From a virus, in IMG/VR virus record IMGVR_UViG_3300027709_000056, positions 135,811-199,810 of that record: a stretch of 64,000 nt of DNA; one strand, written 5' to 3'. Below the pieces are notes generated by a model that was not told where the DNA came from, searched no databases, and saw nothing but the letters and a program-made list of their open reading frames with translations. This document shows, one piece after another, positions 56,134-64,000 of the stretch; the first letter of the stretch is position 1, and each line of letters begins with the position of its first letter. A program made the position numbers and the translations under genes.

Positions 56134-56331
56134 TTATTCCATTTTTGGACAGGCTTCTTCAGTAGCTTTTAAACCATCTTCTTTACTGTAAATCCATACA
56201 GAACTTGATACTACAGTACCATTTTCTGTAACCTCACACTTCTTACCAAAAGCAAGTGCTGGTTCTTTTGGAATTTGAGAACATCCGACTATTGCTATAG
56301 TCATCAGTGGTATCATTATCCATTTTAACAT
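56134..56331 (-). CDS. small lipoprotein
   Basis: Lipobox IVGC. Confidence 0.7.
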   Translation of the reverse strand: MLKWIMIPLMTIAIVGCSQIPKEPALAFGKKCEVTENGTVVSSSVWIYSKEDGLKATEEACPKME

Positions 56332-56546
56332 TATGTTACATCCTTTCTAATTATATGTTTTCTTAAAGCTCTAACTAATCGTTCAATATTGTCTATAATA
56401 TCTATCAATGTTTTGTCTTTAATATAGTGTTGTTCTTCTTTTAACTGATCGTACTCCTTTAGCGGAATAGTTACAGTTCGCCTTGAAGTTACTTCATTTT
56501 CATAACTTAAATTTTCGGCGTGTTCTTTGTCTAATGCATCATCCAT
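56331..56546 (-). CDS. hypothetical protein
   Basis: AGGAG SD; TAATG-coupled to the lipoprotein gene. Confidence 0.7.
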   Translation of the reverse strand: MDDALDKEHAENLSYENEVTSRRTVTIPLKEYDQLKEEQHYIKDKTLIDIIDNIERLVRALRKHIIRKDVT

Positions 56547-56581
56547 ATAACTCCTTACTAGTCTTATATAGTGTTACATTA

Positions 56582-56658
56582 TGGCGGACCCGAAGAGATT
56601 CGAACTCCTGGCCTTTGGTTCCGCAAACCAACGCTCTATCCAACTGAGCTACGGGTCC
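56582..56658 (-). tRNA. tRNA-Arg (anticodon GCG)
   Basis: 77-nt cloverleaf GGACCCG...CGGGTCC-G-CCA; anticodon stem TTGGT/ACCAA with loop TTGCGGA; TTCGAAT T-loop; A20. Confidence 0.93.
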
Positions 56659-56662
56659 GTCT

Positions 56663-57172
56663 TTATACTGTATACTCTTTTTTGTGTTTTGTCAAATACT
56701 TTTTAAGTTTTGGCCACTCACTTCTATCTACAATATAGCCAACACATTTTGGTGAACCACACTTACAAGGATGATCAAGAACATCATCACGGTCATAGTC
56801 ATAGCCATAATTGTAATGTAGTTCTTTATTTTTGTTAATATCTTTTTTTGCATATACCCAAATATGATCTTTTTTAATTTTTATATCACAATTTGGATCA
56901 CAGGAATGATTAATTAATCTTGCGGTGTTTCTTTTGAAGTAGCCATCAATAAGATAATGATGACTTAATTCGAATACCCATACTTTAGGAAGATGTTTAT
57001 CAGCTCGTTTGTATCCTATTTTCTTTTTAACTTTTTCGCCTGTGTATTCTATAATTGTTGTGCCTTTTGGAATAGGCTTACTAGCAAAGAGACCGGTCCC
57101 GTGTACTTTGGATTTCTTCTTATACCAAAATTTTTTAAAATGGACATTTAACGTCTGCTCGTGGTACTGCAT
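56663..57172 (-). CDS. SET-domain lysine methyltransferase with post-SET cysteines
   Basis: HGTGLFA, IIEYTGE, ARLINHSCDPNC, ELHYNY, CKCGSPKC; start codon uncertain. Confidence 0.9.
   Translation of the reverse strand: MQYHEQTLNVHFKKFWYKKKSKVHGTGLFASKPIPKGTTIIEYTGEKVKKKIGYKRADKHLPKVWVFELSHHYLIDGYFKRNTARLINHSCDPNCDIKIKKDHIWVYAKKDINKNKELHYNYGYDYDRDDVLDHPCKCGSPKCVGYIVDRSEWPKLKKYLTKHKKEYTV
56667..56695 (-). promoter_or_regulatory. probable promoter for tRNA-Arg
   Basis: TTGACA-N17-TACAGT, within the last codons of the SET gene. Confidence 0.55.
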
Positions 57173-57302
57173 TCTCTACTAAATCTTTTGCTCTTGTGCC
57201 GTGTAATGTTACATCTGTACTAAGGTCACACGTTTTTAAGTATCTAATTGGGCTACAACTAGCTACAATTACGAATAACAATATAGCTACGGCTAATTTC
57301 AT
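57135..57302 (-). CDS. 55-aa lipoprotein-like protein (not in ORF track)
   Basis: Manual: MKLAVAILLFVIVASCSPIRYLK...KCPF; TAAATA at 57310-57315. Confidence 0.65.
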   Translation of the reverse strand: MKLAVAILLFVIVASCSPIRYLKTCDLSTDVTLHGTRAKDLVENAVPRADVKCPF

Positions 57303-57319
57303 TACTACCTATTTACTTC

Positions 57320-57356
57320 AAAAAAAATGAGCGACACCAATAAGGTGACGCCCATT
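57320..57356 (-). terminator. rho-independent terminator
   Basis: ATGGGCGTCACC-TTATT-GGTGTCGCTCAT followed by a T run. Confidence 0.8.
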
Positions 57357-57379
57357 TTTAGGATTGAATTAACTAGAAA

Positions 57380-57625
57380 TTAGTTAATTGCTGTGGCAAG
57401 TGCCTTGTAACCAGCGGCTACAACAGCTCTGCTCGGCGTTCCAAGTCTGTACTTCCTAGTACCGTTCTTTTTGGTATTAAGATAGACAGCATGGCCAGAA
57501 AAACGTAGGCTCTGGATTACCGATTGCGGATTGCCTGCACCAAATTTCTTAGCAATTTGAGTGCTTGTTAGTTCTTGACCGCTTTTAAGGGCAGTTAGAA
57601 CTGAGTCTTGAATTGTTTGTTTCAT
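57380..57625 (-). CDS. small winged-helix-like DNA-binding protein
   Basis: LKSGQELTSTQIAKKFG..NPQSVIQSLR...YRLG; AGGAGG SD. Confidence 0.65.
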   Translation of the reverse strand: MKQTIQDSVLTALKSGQELTSTQIAKKFGAGNPQSVIQSLRFSGHAVYLNTKKNGTRKYRLGTPSRAVVAAGYKALATAIN

Positions 57626-57680
57626 TTGAAACCTCCTCTTATTAATAAGTGAGAGACTAATCTCTCATTCAAGTTTAACT

Positions 57681-57709
57681 ATAATACTATATTAATTTAG
57701 CTTTGTCAA
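57681..57709 (-). promoter_or_regulatory. sigma70-type early promoter
   Basis: GGTTGACA-N17-TATTAT. Confidence 0.75.
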
Positions 57710-57724
57710 CCTCTTGGCCACCAA

Positions 57725-58318
57725 TTATGTGAAATCAGGACCATGTACCCAACCAACTAATGACTTTCGAGTACCTTTTGTAACAGGATGAACTTTGTGG
57801 GGTATCCATGATGGAAAGAATAGTGCTTCACCTTTATTTAATTTGCAAAGATAGTTGTCACCACCTGTCCATATTTCTAAGTCACCACCTTCATATTCTT
57901 CTGGATCGTTTAAACCAACTGAAAACGAAAGTTTTCTATTTGTTCCGTTTTGTCCTTTAAGTCCTGTATCTGTATGACATCGATAATGTCCACCAATTGG
58001 ATATACACTATATTGGAGAGTTTCTATATATGATATATTAAATTTAAAATAAGTATTGTTTGCAAAATGAACTACTTCTGTTAATTTGTTAAAGACTTCG
58101 TGGTTTGTTCCAGTATCAATCCAGGCTATTTCAGTTATTCTATTTTTTGCATCTTTTGGATCAGCGTCTTTTTCGTATGTTTTGACAGCGGCTGGCTGTA
58201 AAAGATTTTCGCTTTCTACCCAATGATCTAATTGTTTTATTAAATCATCTGTCAAAGCATCATTTACACCATAGAAAAAAGTTTGATGACCAGCAGTAGA
58301 ATCTATCCAAAAACTCAT
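57725..58318 (-). CDS. 2OG-Fe(II) oxygenase (prolyl-hydroxylase-like)
   Basis: YRCHTD, RKLSFSVGLND...YEGGDL, FPSWIPHKVHPVTKGTRKSLVGW. Confidence 0.9.
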   Translation of the reverse strand: MSFWIDSTAGHQTFFYGVNDALTDDLIKQLDHWVESENLLQPAAVKTYEKDADPKDAKNRITEIAWIDTGTNHEVFNKLTEVVHFANNTYFKFNISYIETLQYSVYPIGGHYRCHTDTGLKGQNGTNRKLSFSVGLNDPEEYEGGDLEIWTGGDNYLCKLNKGEALFFPSWIPHKVHPVTKGTRKSLVGWVHGPDFT

Positions 58319-59055
58319 TTGTGCATATGACCTATAGCTTGGAAGTAACTTCGTGTAATAACATCACTAAATGGTACTGCTTCGTTACCTAGTAACACTT
58401 GAGCATAAAATTGTACAGCTGATTCGTTTTCGGAAGTGTTTACTAACATCATTTTACGCCACGGGTTTAATAGATAAGTATATCCTTCGTGAAGTTTTAG
58501 TGTTCCAAAGTCTTCAATTATTGCGTGACATTTGTTTCCAGGAGTAATTAATGGCATTAAAAGAGGAAACTGGTAAGTTGCCATATTTGCTATATCTGGA
58601 TTTTCGTTAATATTTAGATCGTATACTTCGGTCGAACTGTTCGGTTCTGTTCTTTCGTATCGTCCAGTACTAAGACGAGTACAAGGAAAGTCATCGCCTA
58701 CCCAATAAGCTGACATTTGTGGAGCAGGAAAGTCTTCCCATGGTTTCCATCCTTCTTTATCTTTAACTTTATACTCGTATACACCTTTTGTTGTTTCTTT
58801 AAAAAGCTCTTTATGGTTCGCCCAAAGGGTTTCTGTTTCAACTCTAGATTGATGGGTCCAAGGCATTGGTGTATAGGTAGATGGTTTAATTGTCATTAAA
58901 TTAAATTGTATCCACCCTATTCTGCCTTGTTGCATTTCATTTAACATCCAACCTGTAACTGCCTGGCCGTCTGTTTCATGTATTGAGCCGTCATTAGGCA
59001 TTAAAGGCATTTTCCATTCTATGTCTTTATGCTTTAAATAAAATTCTTTATTCAT
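58315..59055 (-). CDS. hypothetical protein
   Basis: Long ORF, ATGA-coupled. Confidence 0.7.
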   Translation of the reverse strand: MNKEFYLKHKDIEWKMPLMPNDGSIHETDGQAVTGWMLNEMQQGRIGWIQFNLMTIKPSTYTPMPWTHQSRVETETLWANHKELFKETTKGVYEYKVKDKEGWKPWEDFPAPQMSAYWVGDDFPCTRLSTGRYERTEPNSSTEVYDLNINENPDIANMATYQFPLLMPLITPGNKCHAIIEDFGTLKLHEGYTYLLNPWRKMMLVNTSENESAVQFYAQVLLGNEAVPFSDVITRSYFQAIGHMHK

Positions 59056-59228
59056 TTTTGAGATACACCATAAATATGATCTTCGGCTCTATTGATTATA
59101 AAACGACTTTCTGATTTAGCTTTACCATTTAAGTCGTTACGAACCTTTTTAGCTTCCATTTTATTTTCGAAGCGATCTTGTTCGAATTTTTGTGTTTTAG
59201 TATCTAAGATTCTAAATAATCGTTGCAT
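59052..59228 (-). CDS. 58-aa basic protein (not in ORF track)
   Basis: Manual: MQRLFRILDTKTQKFEQ...; AGGAG SD; ATGA overlap with the next gene. Confidence 0.7.
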   Translation of the reverse strand: MQRLFRILDTKTQKFEQDRFENKMEAKKVRNDLNGKAKSESRFIINRAEDHIYGVSQK

Positions 59229-59237
59229 TGTTGTCTC

Positions 59238-59612
59238 CTATCCTCTAAGGCTAATAATAGGTGCTTGGAGCCCCCGGAGGGAATCGAACCCCCGTCTAGG
59301 ACTTACAAAGACCTTGCTAAACCACTCAGCTACAGGGGCATATCTAATATACTTTCTGTACTTAACTCTGTCATTTGATTCTTCCAATTCTTTTAATTTT
59401 CTTTCATCTACACATAATAAGTTAGAACGAACTCTATCAATATTTGGTTGGGCTTGTAATATTCCTTTAAGTAATTCATTTCTATGTTCTTCTAAGTACG
59501 TTGCACAATCCCATCTATTTGTAAAAACTTCTTTTTTGTATTCAATATAAGCTGGCGGTGCCATATTTGGAGTATTTCCTAAATAAAATATAAAAATTAT
59601 ATACCAATGCAT
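59238..59612 (-). CDS. hypothetical protein whose C-terminus runs through the tRNA-Thr
   Basis: ATG 59612 behind GGAG; no in-frame stop until 59238. Confidence 0.65.
   Translation of the reverse strand: MHWYIIFIFYLGNTPNMAPPAYIEYKKEVFTNRWDCATYLEEHRNELLKGILQAQPNIDRVRSNLLCVDERKLKELEESNDRVKYRKYIRYAPVAEWFSKVFVSPRRGFDSLRGLQAPIISLRG
59266..59339 (-). tRNA. tRNA-Thr (anticodon TGT)
   Basis: 74-nt cloverleaf GCCCCTG...CGGGGGC-T-CCA; loop TTTGTAA; T-T mismatch in the anticodon stem. Confidence 0.85.
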
Positions 59613-59613
59613 A

Positions 59614-59823
59614 CTACTCCTGAAATTCAGGGACATACATTTCCTTGCATTTCCCTTCTAAATGGTCAACACGTTCTTGAAGAAAACTTATAGTTGTATG
59701 AATATGTCCTGTATCATGTGGCAGGAGCATTGTTTTATACAAGGCAATTTCCTGTTTTAAAATATTAACTCTGATTAAATCACCAGAAAAATCTTTACGG
59801 GGTTTCTTTAATTTCTTCGTCAT
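59614..59823 (-). CDS. hypothetical protein
   Basis: ORF in gene string. Confidence 0.7.
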   Translation of the reverse strand: MTKKLKKPRKDFSGDLIRVNILKQEIALYKTMLLPHDTGHIHTTISFLQERVDHLEGKCKEMYVPEFQE

Positions 59824-60055
59824 CAGTATTACTTATTTCTTCTTCCTCCTGGGTGAACAGTTTTGTGATATCAACCGATTCATTATCCAATTTACGTAAA
59901 GCGTCTACTGGTGACTTTGCTAGTTTTTGTTTGATCATTTCTCGTAATACGAAGACTAACGAGTATTTGTTGACAGACGGGTGTTTATCTAATATATCTT
60001 TTACTGCAAAAAACTCATCCAACGCAATACACCGTAAGCCCGTCACATTTCTCAA
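59795..60055 (-). CDS. hypothetical protein (start uncertain)
   Basis: Fills the gap between neighbours. Confidence 0.55.
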   Translation of the reverse strand: MRNVTGLRCIALDEFFAVKDILDKHPSVNKYSLVFVLREMIKQKLAKSPVDALRKLDNESVDITKLFTQEEEEISNTDDEEIKETP

Positions 60056-60461
60056 GAAAGTCTATACCGTCTTGTGATCTGTATTTGTGTTTGTAGTAAA
60101 CGGTTGTGATACCGCTTTGATAAATTAATTTGGAACATTCTAAACAAGGACTGTGTGTTAAGAACAATGTAGAGTTTTCTCCACTTTCGTTAGACCTTGC
60201 TAATTTTGAAATGGCATTACTTTCTGCATGAAGTACTTCTGGTTTAGATTTTAGTACTGGTTGGCTTAATTGCTTACCATCTTTCCACAGAACTGAATCT
60301 TCACAGTTATTATCCCAACCACTTGGCATACCATTATAACCAATGCTTATAATTCTATTATCCTTTACAATAATAGCACCAACGTTTAATCTTCTAGCAG
60401 TTGATAGTTGCCCGAACCTTTCAGCAACATCCATATATGCATCAATAAATTTAGGCTTCAT
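60015..60461 (-). CDS. dCMP deaminase
   Basis: VGAIIV...IGYNG...HAESNAI...SPCLECSK. Confidence 0.93.
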   Translation of the reverse strand: MKPKFIDAYMDVAERFGQLSTARRLNVGAIIVKDNRIISIGYNGMPSGWDNNCEDSVLWKDGKQLSQPVLKSKPEVLHAESNAISKLARSNESGENSTLFLTHSPCLECSKLIYQSGITTVYYKHKYRSQDGIDFLEKCDGLTVYCVG

Positions 60462-60735
60462 TAATTTCGACTTTCTTTACTCTATCGTATTTAAACGATC
60501 TCCAACCTTTTGCGTTTAAATCCCAAACATTAACATTACCTTCTTTAGCTTGTTTGTCTGTCTTTGGTTGATTTTCTTTAGGAATAATATTAAGACTTTT
60601 AGTACAAGTCATTATTCGTTCGTCACCATCTAATTTTAAGAAAGTAACTATGGCTGTTTTTTCTTGTAAAGTTTTAATTAAGACATCCTGTGTAGGAATG
60701 CCTTTCATGTCTGCAATTGTTTCTTTAATATTCAT
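60451..60735 (-). CDS. hypothetical protein with SH3-like WRSF motif
   Basis: VTFLKLDGDERIMTCT...VWDLNAKGWRSF. Confidence 0.7.
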   Translation of the reverse strand: MNIKETIADMKGIPTQDVLIKTLQEKTAIVTFLKLDGDERIMTCTKSLNIIPKENQPKTDKQAKEGNVNVWDLNAKGWRSFKYDRVKKVEINEA

Positions 60736-61420
60736 CTGATATGATCCCCATATTATCTAAAATTCTTTTTAGTTCTTTAGCCTGTTTTTTATGTGATTTA
60801 ATGCCTGGGTGTTTACCATCAGCCGCCGAATCAATTTTTGCTGTTCTAGTCCAGTAAAGATTTTCAGGGGCTTCAATAAATTTTGGTCTTAATTGTTCTA
60901 TTTCCCACGGCGCCGCAGGATAGTGTATAAATGTTAATTTTTTACTTTTTAAATATAAGTTCGCATGATGTATATAAATCCAAGTTCGTTTTATATAATC
61001 TATTTCTTTTGCTTTTTGAAAGTCTTCAGCTAAAACACCTTTAGACCAAACTGTTAATTGTCTCCAAGGTCTCAAACCTTTTTCACCAAATTTACGTTTA
61101 CTATCTTTTGATTCAACATCTTCAAAAACTAATTCTCTAAATGGCATCGACCACATTACAATAACTATGTCACTAGGGCGAAATTTAAAATCTAAAATTT
61201 CACAAAGTATTTCTAAATTACTTGCGGCCGGAGTTGATTTATTACATACTTCCATATCCATAAGTTTACCAAGGACGGCTGGCCAGGCATACTTGCTAGG
61301 ATTTGTTTCCCATATTTGTCCTAAACTATTAAGTTTCGGTTTGCCCAAACAGTCAGGAAGTTCCGACCCATAAGTAAATGAACAACCAAAAGTAATAATT
61401 CTACGCATCAGCACCTTCAA
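60725..61420 (-). CDS. SGNH/GDSL-like hypothetical protein
   Basis: TFGCSFTYG block I and DGKHPG (DxxH). Confidence 0.6.
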   Translation of the reverse strand: MKVLMRRIITFGCSFTYGSELPDCLGKPKLNSLGQIWETNPSKYAWPAVLGKLMDMEVCNKSTPAASNLEILCEILDFKFRPSDIVIVMWSMPFRELVFEDVESKDSKRKFGEKGLRPWRQLTVWSKGVLAEDFQKAKEIDYIKRTWIYIHHANLYLKSKKLTFIHYPAAPWEIEQLRPKFIEAPENLYWTRTAKIDSAADGKHPGIKSHKKQAKELKRILDNMGIISDEY

Positions 61421-61916
61421 GTTTAAAGTTTAATGATGTACGCATAGGACAATCTTGATGTGTAAATGCGTATGCTTTATGTAATATATTAGCAGGAAAA
61501 TGTACTGCTCTGTAAAGAACAGGTGCAACAATCTTATGACAATTGTGTACTTCAGGATCTATAAATTCTGTAAATCCACCCCATCCCCACGTATAAGTTT
61601 GATTGGTGTATATTATTACAGTATGGCTTTTAGGATCATCGTGATCTGTATGAAAATCACCTTCGCGTCCAAACCATTGTCCGTTAAAATATACTCTTCC
61701 TAATTTGTAATTTGTGTTTAGTTTTGAATTGATATGTTTTAAAAGTTCGGTATTATAATATGGGTCACCACTAACATCCATAGTTAGAAATTCTTTGCCA
61801 CCTTTTATGCTACTATGGTTTTCCCAAGAACCCGTGTTAATTGTTTTACGAATATGTTTTAGTTGTTCAAGCGATATAAAGTCATCTATGACTTGTATTT
61901 TATCTACTAGATGCAT
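61401..61916 (-). CDS. 2OG-Fe(II) oxygenase
   Basis: GDFHTD, GGFTEF, FPANILHKA, RTSLNF. Confidence 0.85.
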   Translation of the reverse strand: MHLVDKIQVIDDFISLEQLKHIRKTINTGSWENHSSIKGGKEFLTMDVSGDPYYNTELLKHINSKLNTNYKLGRVYFNGQWFGREGDFHTDHDDPKSHTVIIYTNQTYTWGWGGFTEFIDPEVHNCHKIVAPVLYRAVHFPANILHKAYAFTHQDCPMRTSLNFKLEGADA

Positions 61917-62148
61917 GAGGTGTATGCTCTACAGGGCCTGGAGATGTAAACTCCATTCCGCCTTTACTTCCATAATAAACTTTAGACCGAGGATTGTATG
62001 TTAACTTAATTTCAACCGATCTGTTTAGTACTACACTTAAAAACTTTTCATTTTTAAAGTTATGTACTTCACCTGTAACTGTGTGCCCGGTATCGGTATT
62101 AGTAACATCACAATGTGTATCAAAATATGGATCACCAAATTGGTTCAC
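61900..62148 (-). CDS. hypothetical protein
   Basis: GGAGG SD; ORF in gene string. Confidence 0.7.
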   Translation of the reverse strand: MNQFGDPYFDTHCDVTNTDTGHTVTGEVHNFKNEKFLSVVLNRSVEIKLTYNPRSKVYYGSKGGMEFTSPGPVEHTPHASSR

Positions 62149-62390
62149 GGTAAAAATCCTCCTCCACGTTTAATTTTAATGTACTCTACTAGATCAAATA
62201 TAACCCAATAAATAAATGTTGTTGCTGGCGTAAATAGATATCCTAAAAATACTAAAGGTATTGCAAATAATAACAGTATCATCCTAAATATATATCCTCT
62301 TACATCTTTAGGCGGTAGAATCCAGAACGGCCAAGAACCTATGTTTGGTTCTTCTTTCCTTTTTCTGTAATCTTCAAACTCGTAACTCAT
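62145..62390 (-). CDS. hypothetical membrane protein
   Basis: Two hydrophobic segments. Confidence 0.7.
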   Translation of the reverse strand: MSYEFEDYRKRKEEPNIGSWPFWILPPKDVRGYIFRMILLLFAIPLVFLGYLFTPATTFIYWVIFDLVEYIKIKRGGGFLP

Positions 62391-62424
62391 GGATCCTCAC
62401 TCTACTTATCCATAGTTAATGTTA

Positions 62425-62622
62425 TTACATCAAAGCGTCACGTTTCGCTTGTTCTTTAGCGACACGTTTGATACCACGTTTTTTAGCAAGTCTTCGTCTT
62501 TCGCTTGGCTTAATGTAGTATTGACGTTCACGTAATTCTGTCATAAGACCTTCTTTTTTGATCTTCTTTTTTAAAATACGTAATGCCTTTTCTACATTAT
62601 TGTTTCTAACGATAACTTCCAT
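62425..62622 (-). CDS. rpsU: 30S ribosomal protein bS21
   Basis: VIVRNNNVEKALRILKKK...YYIKPSERRR. Confidence 0.9.
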   Translation of the reverse strand: MEVIVRNNNVEKALRILKKKIKKEGLMTELRERQYYIKPSERRRLAKKRGIKRVAKEQAKRDALM

Positions 62623-62636
62623 ATTTCTCCTATTAG

Positions 62637-62864
62637 TTAATGTACTGTTTGGAATGTGTCTGCGTCATTCCAGTCAACGCCAAAGTACGCTTCGCATAAT
62701 TGCATAATCGCTTCAGGTACTTCTTTCTCCTCTGATCCTTTTGGTATGTATAAACCTTTAAGTTCGCCAGTGGAAGTAATGATGAGTCCCCAATCGTCAT
62801 CTTCAAGAGCCTCGTCCATTGTAATATACTCAGGTAACTTGTACTGTTTGCCGTTTTCTGCCAT
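62637..62864 (-). CDS. hypothetical acidic protein
   Basis: AGGAG SD; ends just before the rpsU RBS. Confidence 0.7.
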   Translation of the reverse strand: MAENGKQYKLPEYITMDEALEDDDWGLIITSTGELKGLYIPKGSEEKEVPEAIMQLCEAYFGVDWNDADTFQTVH

Positions 62865-62923
62865 CTCACCGCTCCTGTGTGCTTATCAGTACTGCATATA
62901 TCTTTTATATCGAACATTTAATT

Positions 62924-62952
62924 ATAATACTATCATTTTTATTTATTGTCAA
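62924..62952 (-). promoter_or_regulatory. sigma70-type early promoter
   Basis: GGTTGACA-N17-TATTAT. Confidence 0.75.
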
Positions 62953-63661
62953 CCTTGAATCTAACGTAATTTAACTGAGTTTCTGGAAATTTTGTGATAA
63001 AGTTTTCACCATGACGTTTAACTTTACCTTTAATTTTAAAAGTTGTGCCTTCTTTTGGAACTATTTGAGTTTGGTCAATATTTTTAAAGAAACTTACAAG
63101 ATTTCCGTCAATACTTCCGTTAAAAACGTTACAAGAAAATCTGTCAATAAATTTAGTTTCGTTTAATGTAAATAATCCTGTAATAGGTACACCCAAAGTA
63201 CCTACGTGTTTGCTTTCACGAAACGAATCTTTTAATTCTTTTTTGATCTTCTTCTTTTTTGAACCTTCAAAATAAACTTTTGGTATTACAGCAACAACGC
63301 CATATGCGTGTGAGCCTAATTTTTCACTTGAAATAAATTGCATAACTGATCTCATAAAATCTGATAAAGTTCCTGCAATAACATTAAGGGTATTATCACG
63401 TTGCAACCAATCAACGGCCTCTTTAGCCATTTTACGATCTTTATTGTATATTTTAAAATTGATAAAATCTTTAGGAGTATGTTCGTCGCGATGTAATTTA
63501 TAATTTATTAATTCTTTGTTTGCAAATGTAGTAGGAGTGGGCTCGGTAAATCTTCTTGTTTCTTTAAAGTACCCACCATTAGTTCGGTGTGCCGCGAATG
63601 CGGTTGCAATAACTTCTATTGCTGGTAGTTCGATTGGTTGTTCTTTTTTAATTCTTGCCAT
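62939..63661 (-). CDS. hypothetical protein, possible OB-fold C-terminus
   Basis: 240-aa ORF behind promoter and AGGCA leader. Confidence 0.7.
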   Translation of the reverse strand: MARIKKEQPIELPAIEVIATAFAAHRTNGGYFKETRRFTEPTPTTFANKELINYKLHRDEHTPKDFINFKIYNKDRKMAKEAVDWLQRDNTLNVIAGTLSDFMRSVMQFISSEKLGSHAYGVVAVIPKVYFEGSKKKKIKKELKDSFRESKHVGTLGVPITGLFTLNETKFIDRFSCNVFNGSIDGNLVSFFKNIDQTQIVPKEGTTFKIKGKVKRHGENFITKFPETQLNYVRFKVDNK

Positions 63662-63668
63662 AAGTTAA

Positions 63669-63685
63669 TGCCTCTGTGCCTAATT
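63669..63685 (-). promoter_or_regulatory. conserved 5' leader motif, copy 2
   Basis: AATTAGGCACAGAGGCA. Confidence 0.7.
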
Positions 63686-63696
63686 ATTATATTACT

Positions 63697-63725
63697 ATAA
63701 TAACATCAATAAAACGGTTTGTCAA
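63697..63725 (-). promoter_or_regulatory. sigma70-type early promoter
   Basis: GGTTGACA-N17-TATTAT. Confidence 0.75.
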
Positions 63726-63735
63726 CCGAAAAAGG

Positions 63736-63999
63736 TTATAAAATGTGGTCTGCTAGTTTAAGATCTACCAAGTTTTTGGCAGTAAAGTATTGATCTGAAG
63801 GTGTATTTAATTTTTTGCGTGTTTCTTGTAAAGTCATTCCTGATGCTTCACGTAATAATGTAAGACATCTTAGTTCACAATTAGAATTCTCTTTCATCTG
63901 AGCTTTCATATCATGCATTTTGGCATCAACTGCATCACTATGTTGGTGATTCATAATTCCTGTATTTTTACCAATATATCTTTTGCCTTGTGTACCCAT
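63736..63999 (-). CDS. hypothetical protein (may extend beyond window)
   Basis: ORF starting at the window edge. Confidence 0.6.
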   Translation of the reverse strand: MGTQGKRYIGKNTGIMNHQHSDAVDAKMHDMKAQMKENSNCELRCLTLLREASGMTLQETRKKLNTPSDQYFTAKNLVDLKLADHIL

Positions 64000-64000
64000 A

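Noticed and set aside
59092-59550. 152-aa plus-strand ORF
   Set aside because: Antisense to the tRNA-Thr and two minus-strand genes

Overview
A 64-kb AT-rich segment of a large tailed dsDNA phage (T4-like or jumbo type, standard genetic code). It is gene-dense and almost entirely on the minus strand. The FdxA, IscA, bS21 and SbmA homologues look alphaproteobacterial, so a marine alphaproteobacterial host is a plausible inference, not a demonstrated one. Contents from left to right: proteostasis genes (clpA, def, dnaJ); membrane genes including a MotA/ExbB plus MotB-like triad; a lysis cassette (spanin pair, GH108 endolysin) with an ACP-like gene inside it; phoH, thyX, ppiC, ferredoxin, clamp loader, MazG-like and GroES genes; a roughly 21-kb baseplate/tail module interrupted by sbmA, YHYH and two S8 peptidase genes; iscA, glucosaminidase, glycosyltransferase-like and queD genes; a plus-strand tail-fibre pair; DNA ligase, a SET-domain protein, two tRNAs, dCMP deaminase and rpsU. 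At least eight 2OG-Fe(II)/cupin oxygenases are scattered through the window. Two promoter classes recur: TTGAC-N17-TAnnnT (early) and TAAATA (late-like). Reading by hand adds several small genes missing from the ORF track. The strongest leads are a 34-aa metallothionein-like gene, the MotA/MotB-like membrane triad, three host-protein homologues lacking their key residue or region (ACP Ser-to-Asp, esterase without nucleophile, DnaE fragment without catalytic aspartates), a tRNA nested in frame inside a CDS, a tRNA-Arg(GCG), and a shared AGGCA leader motif. All family calls come from motif recognition by eye; no database searches were run.
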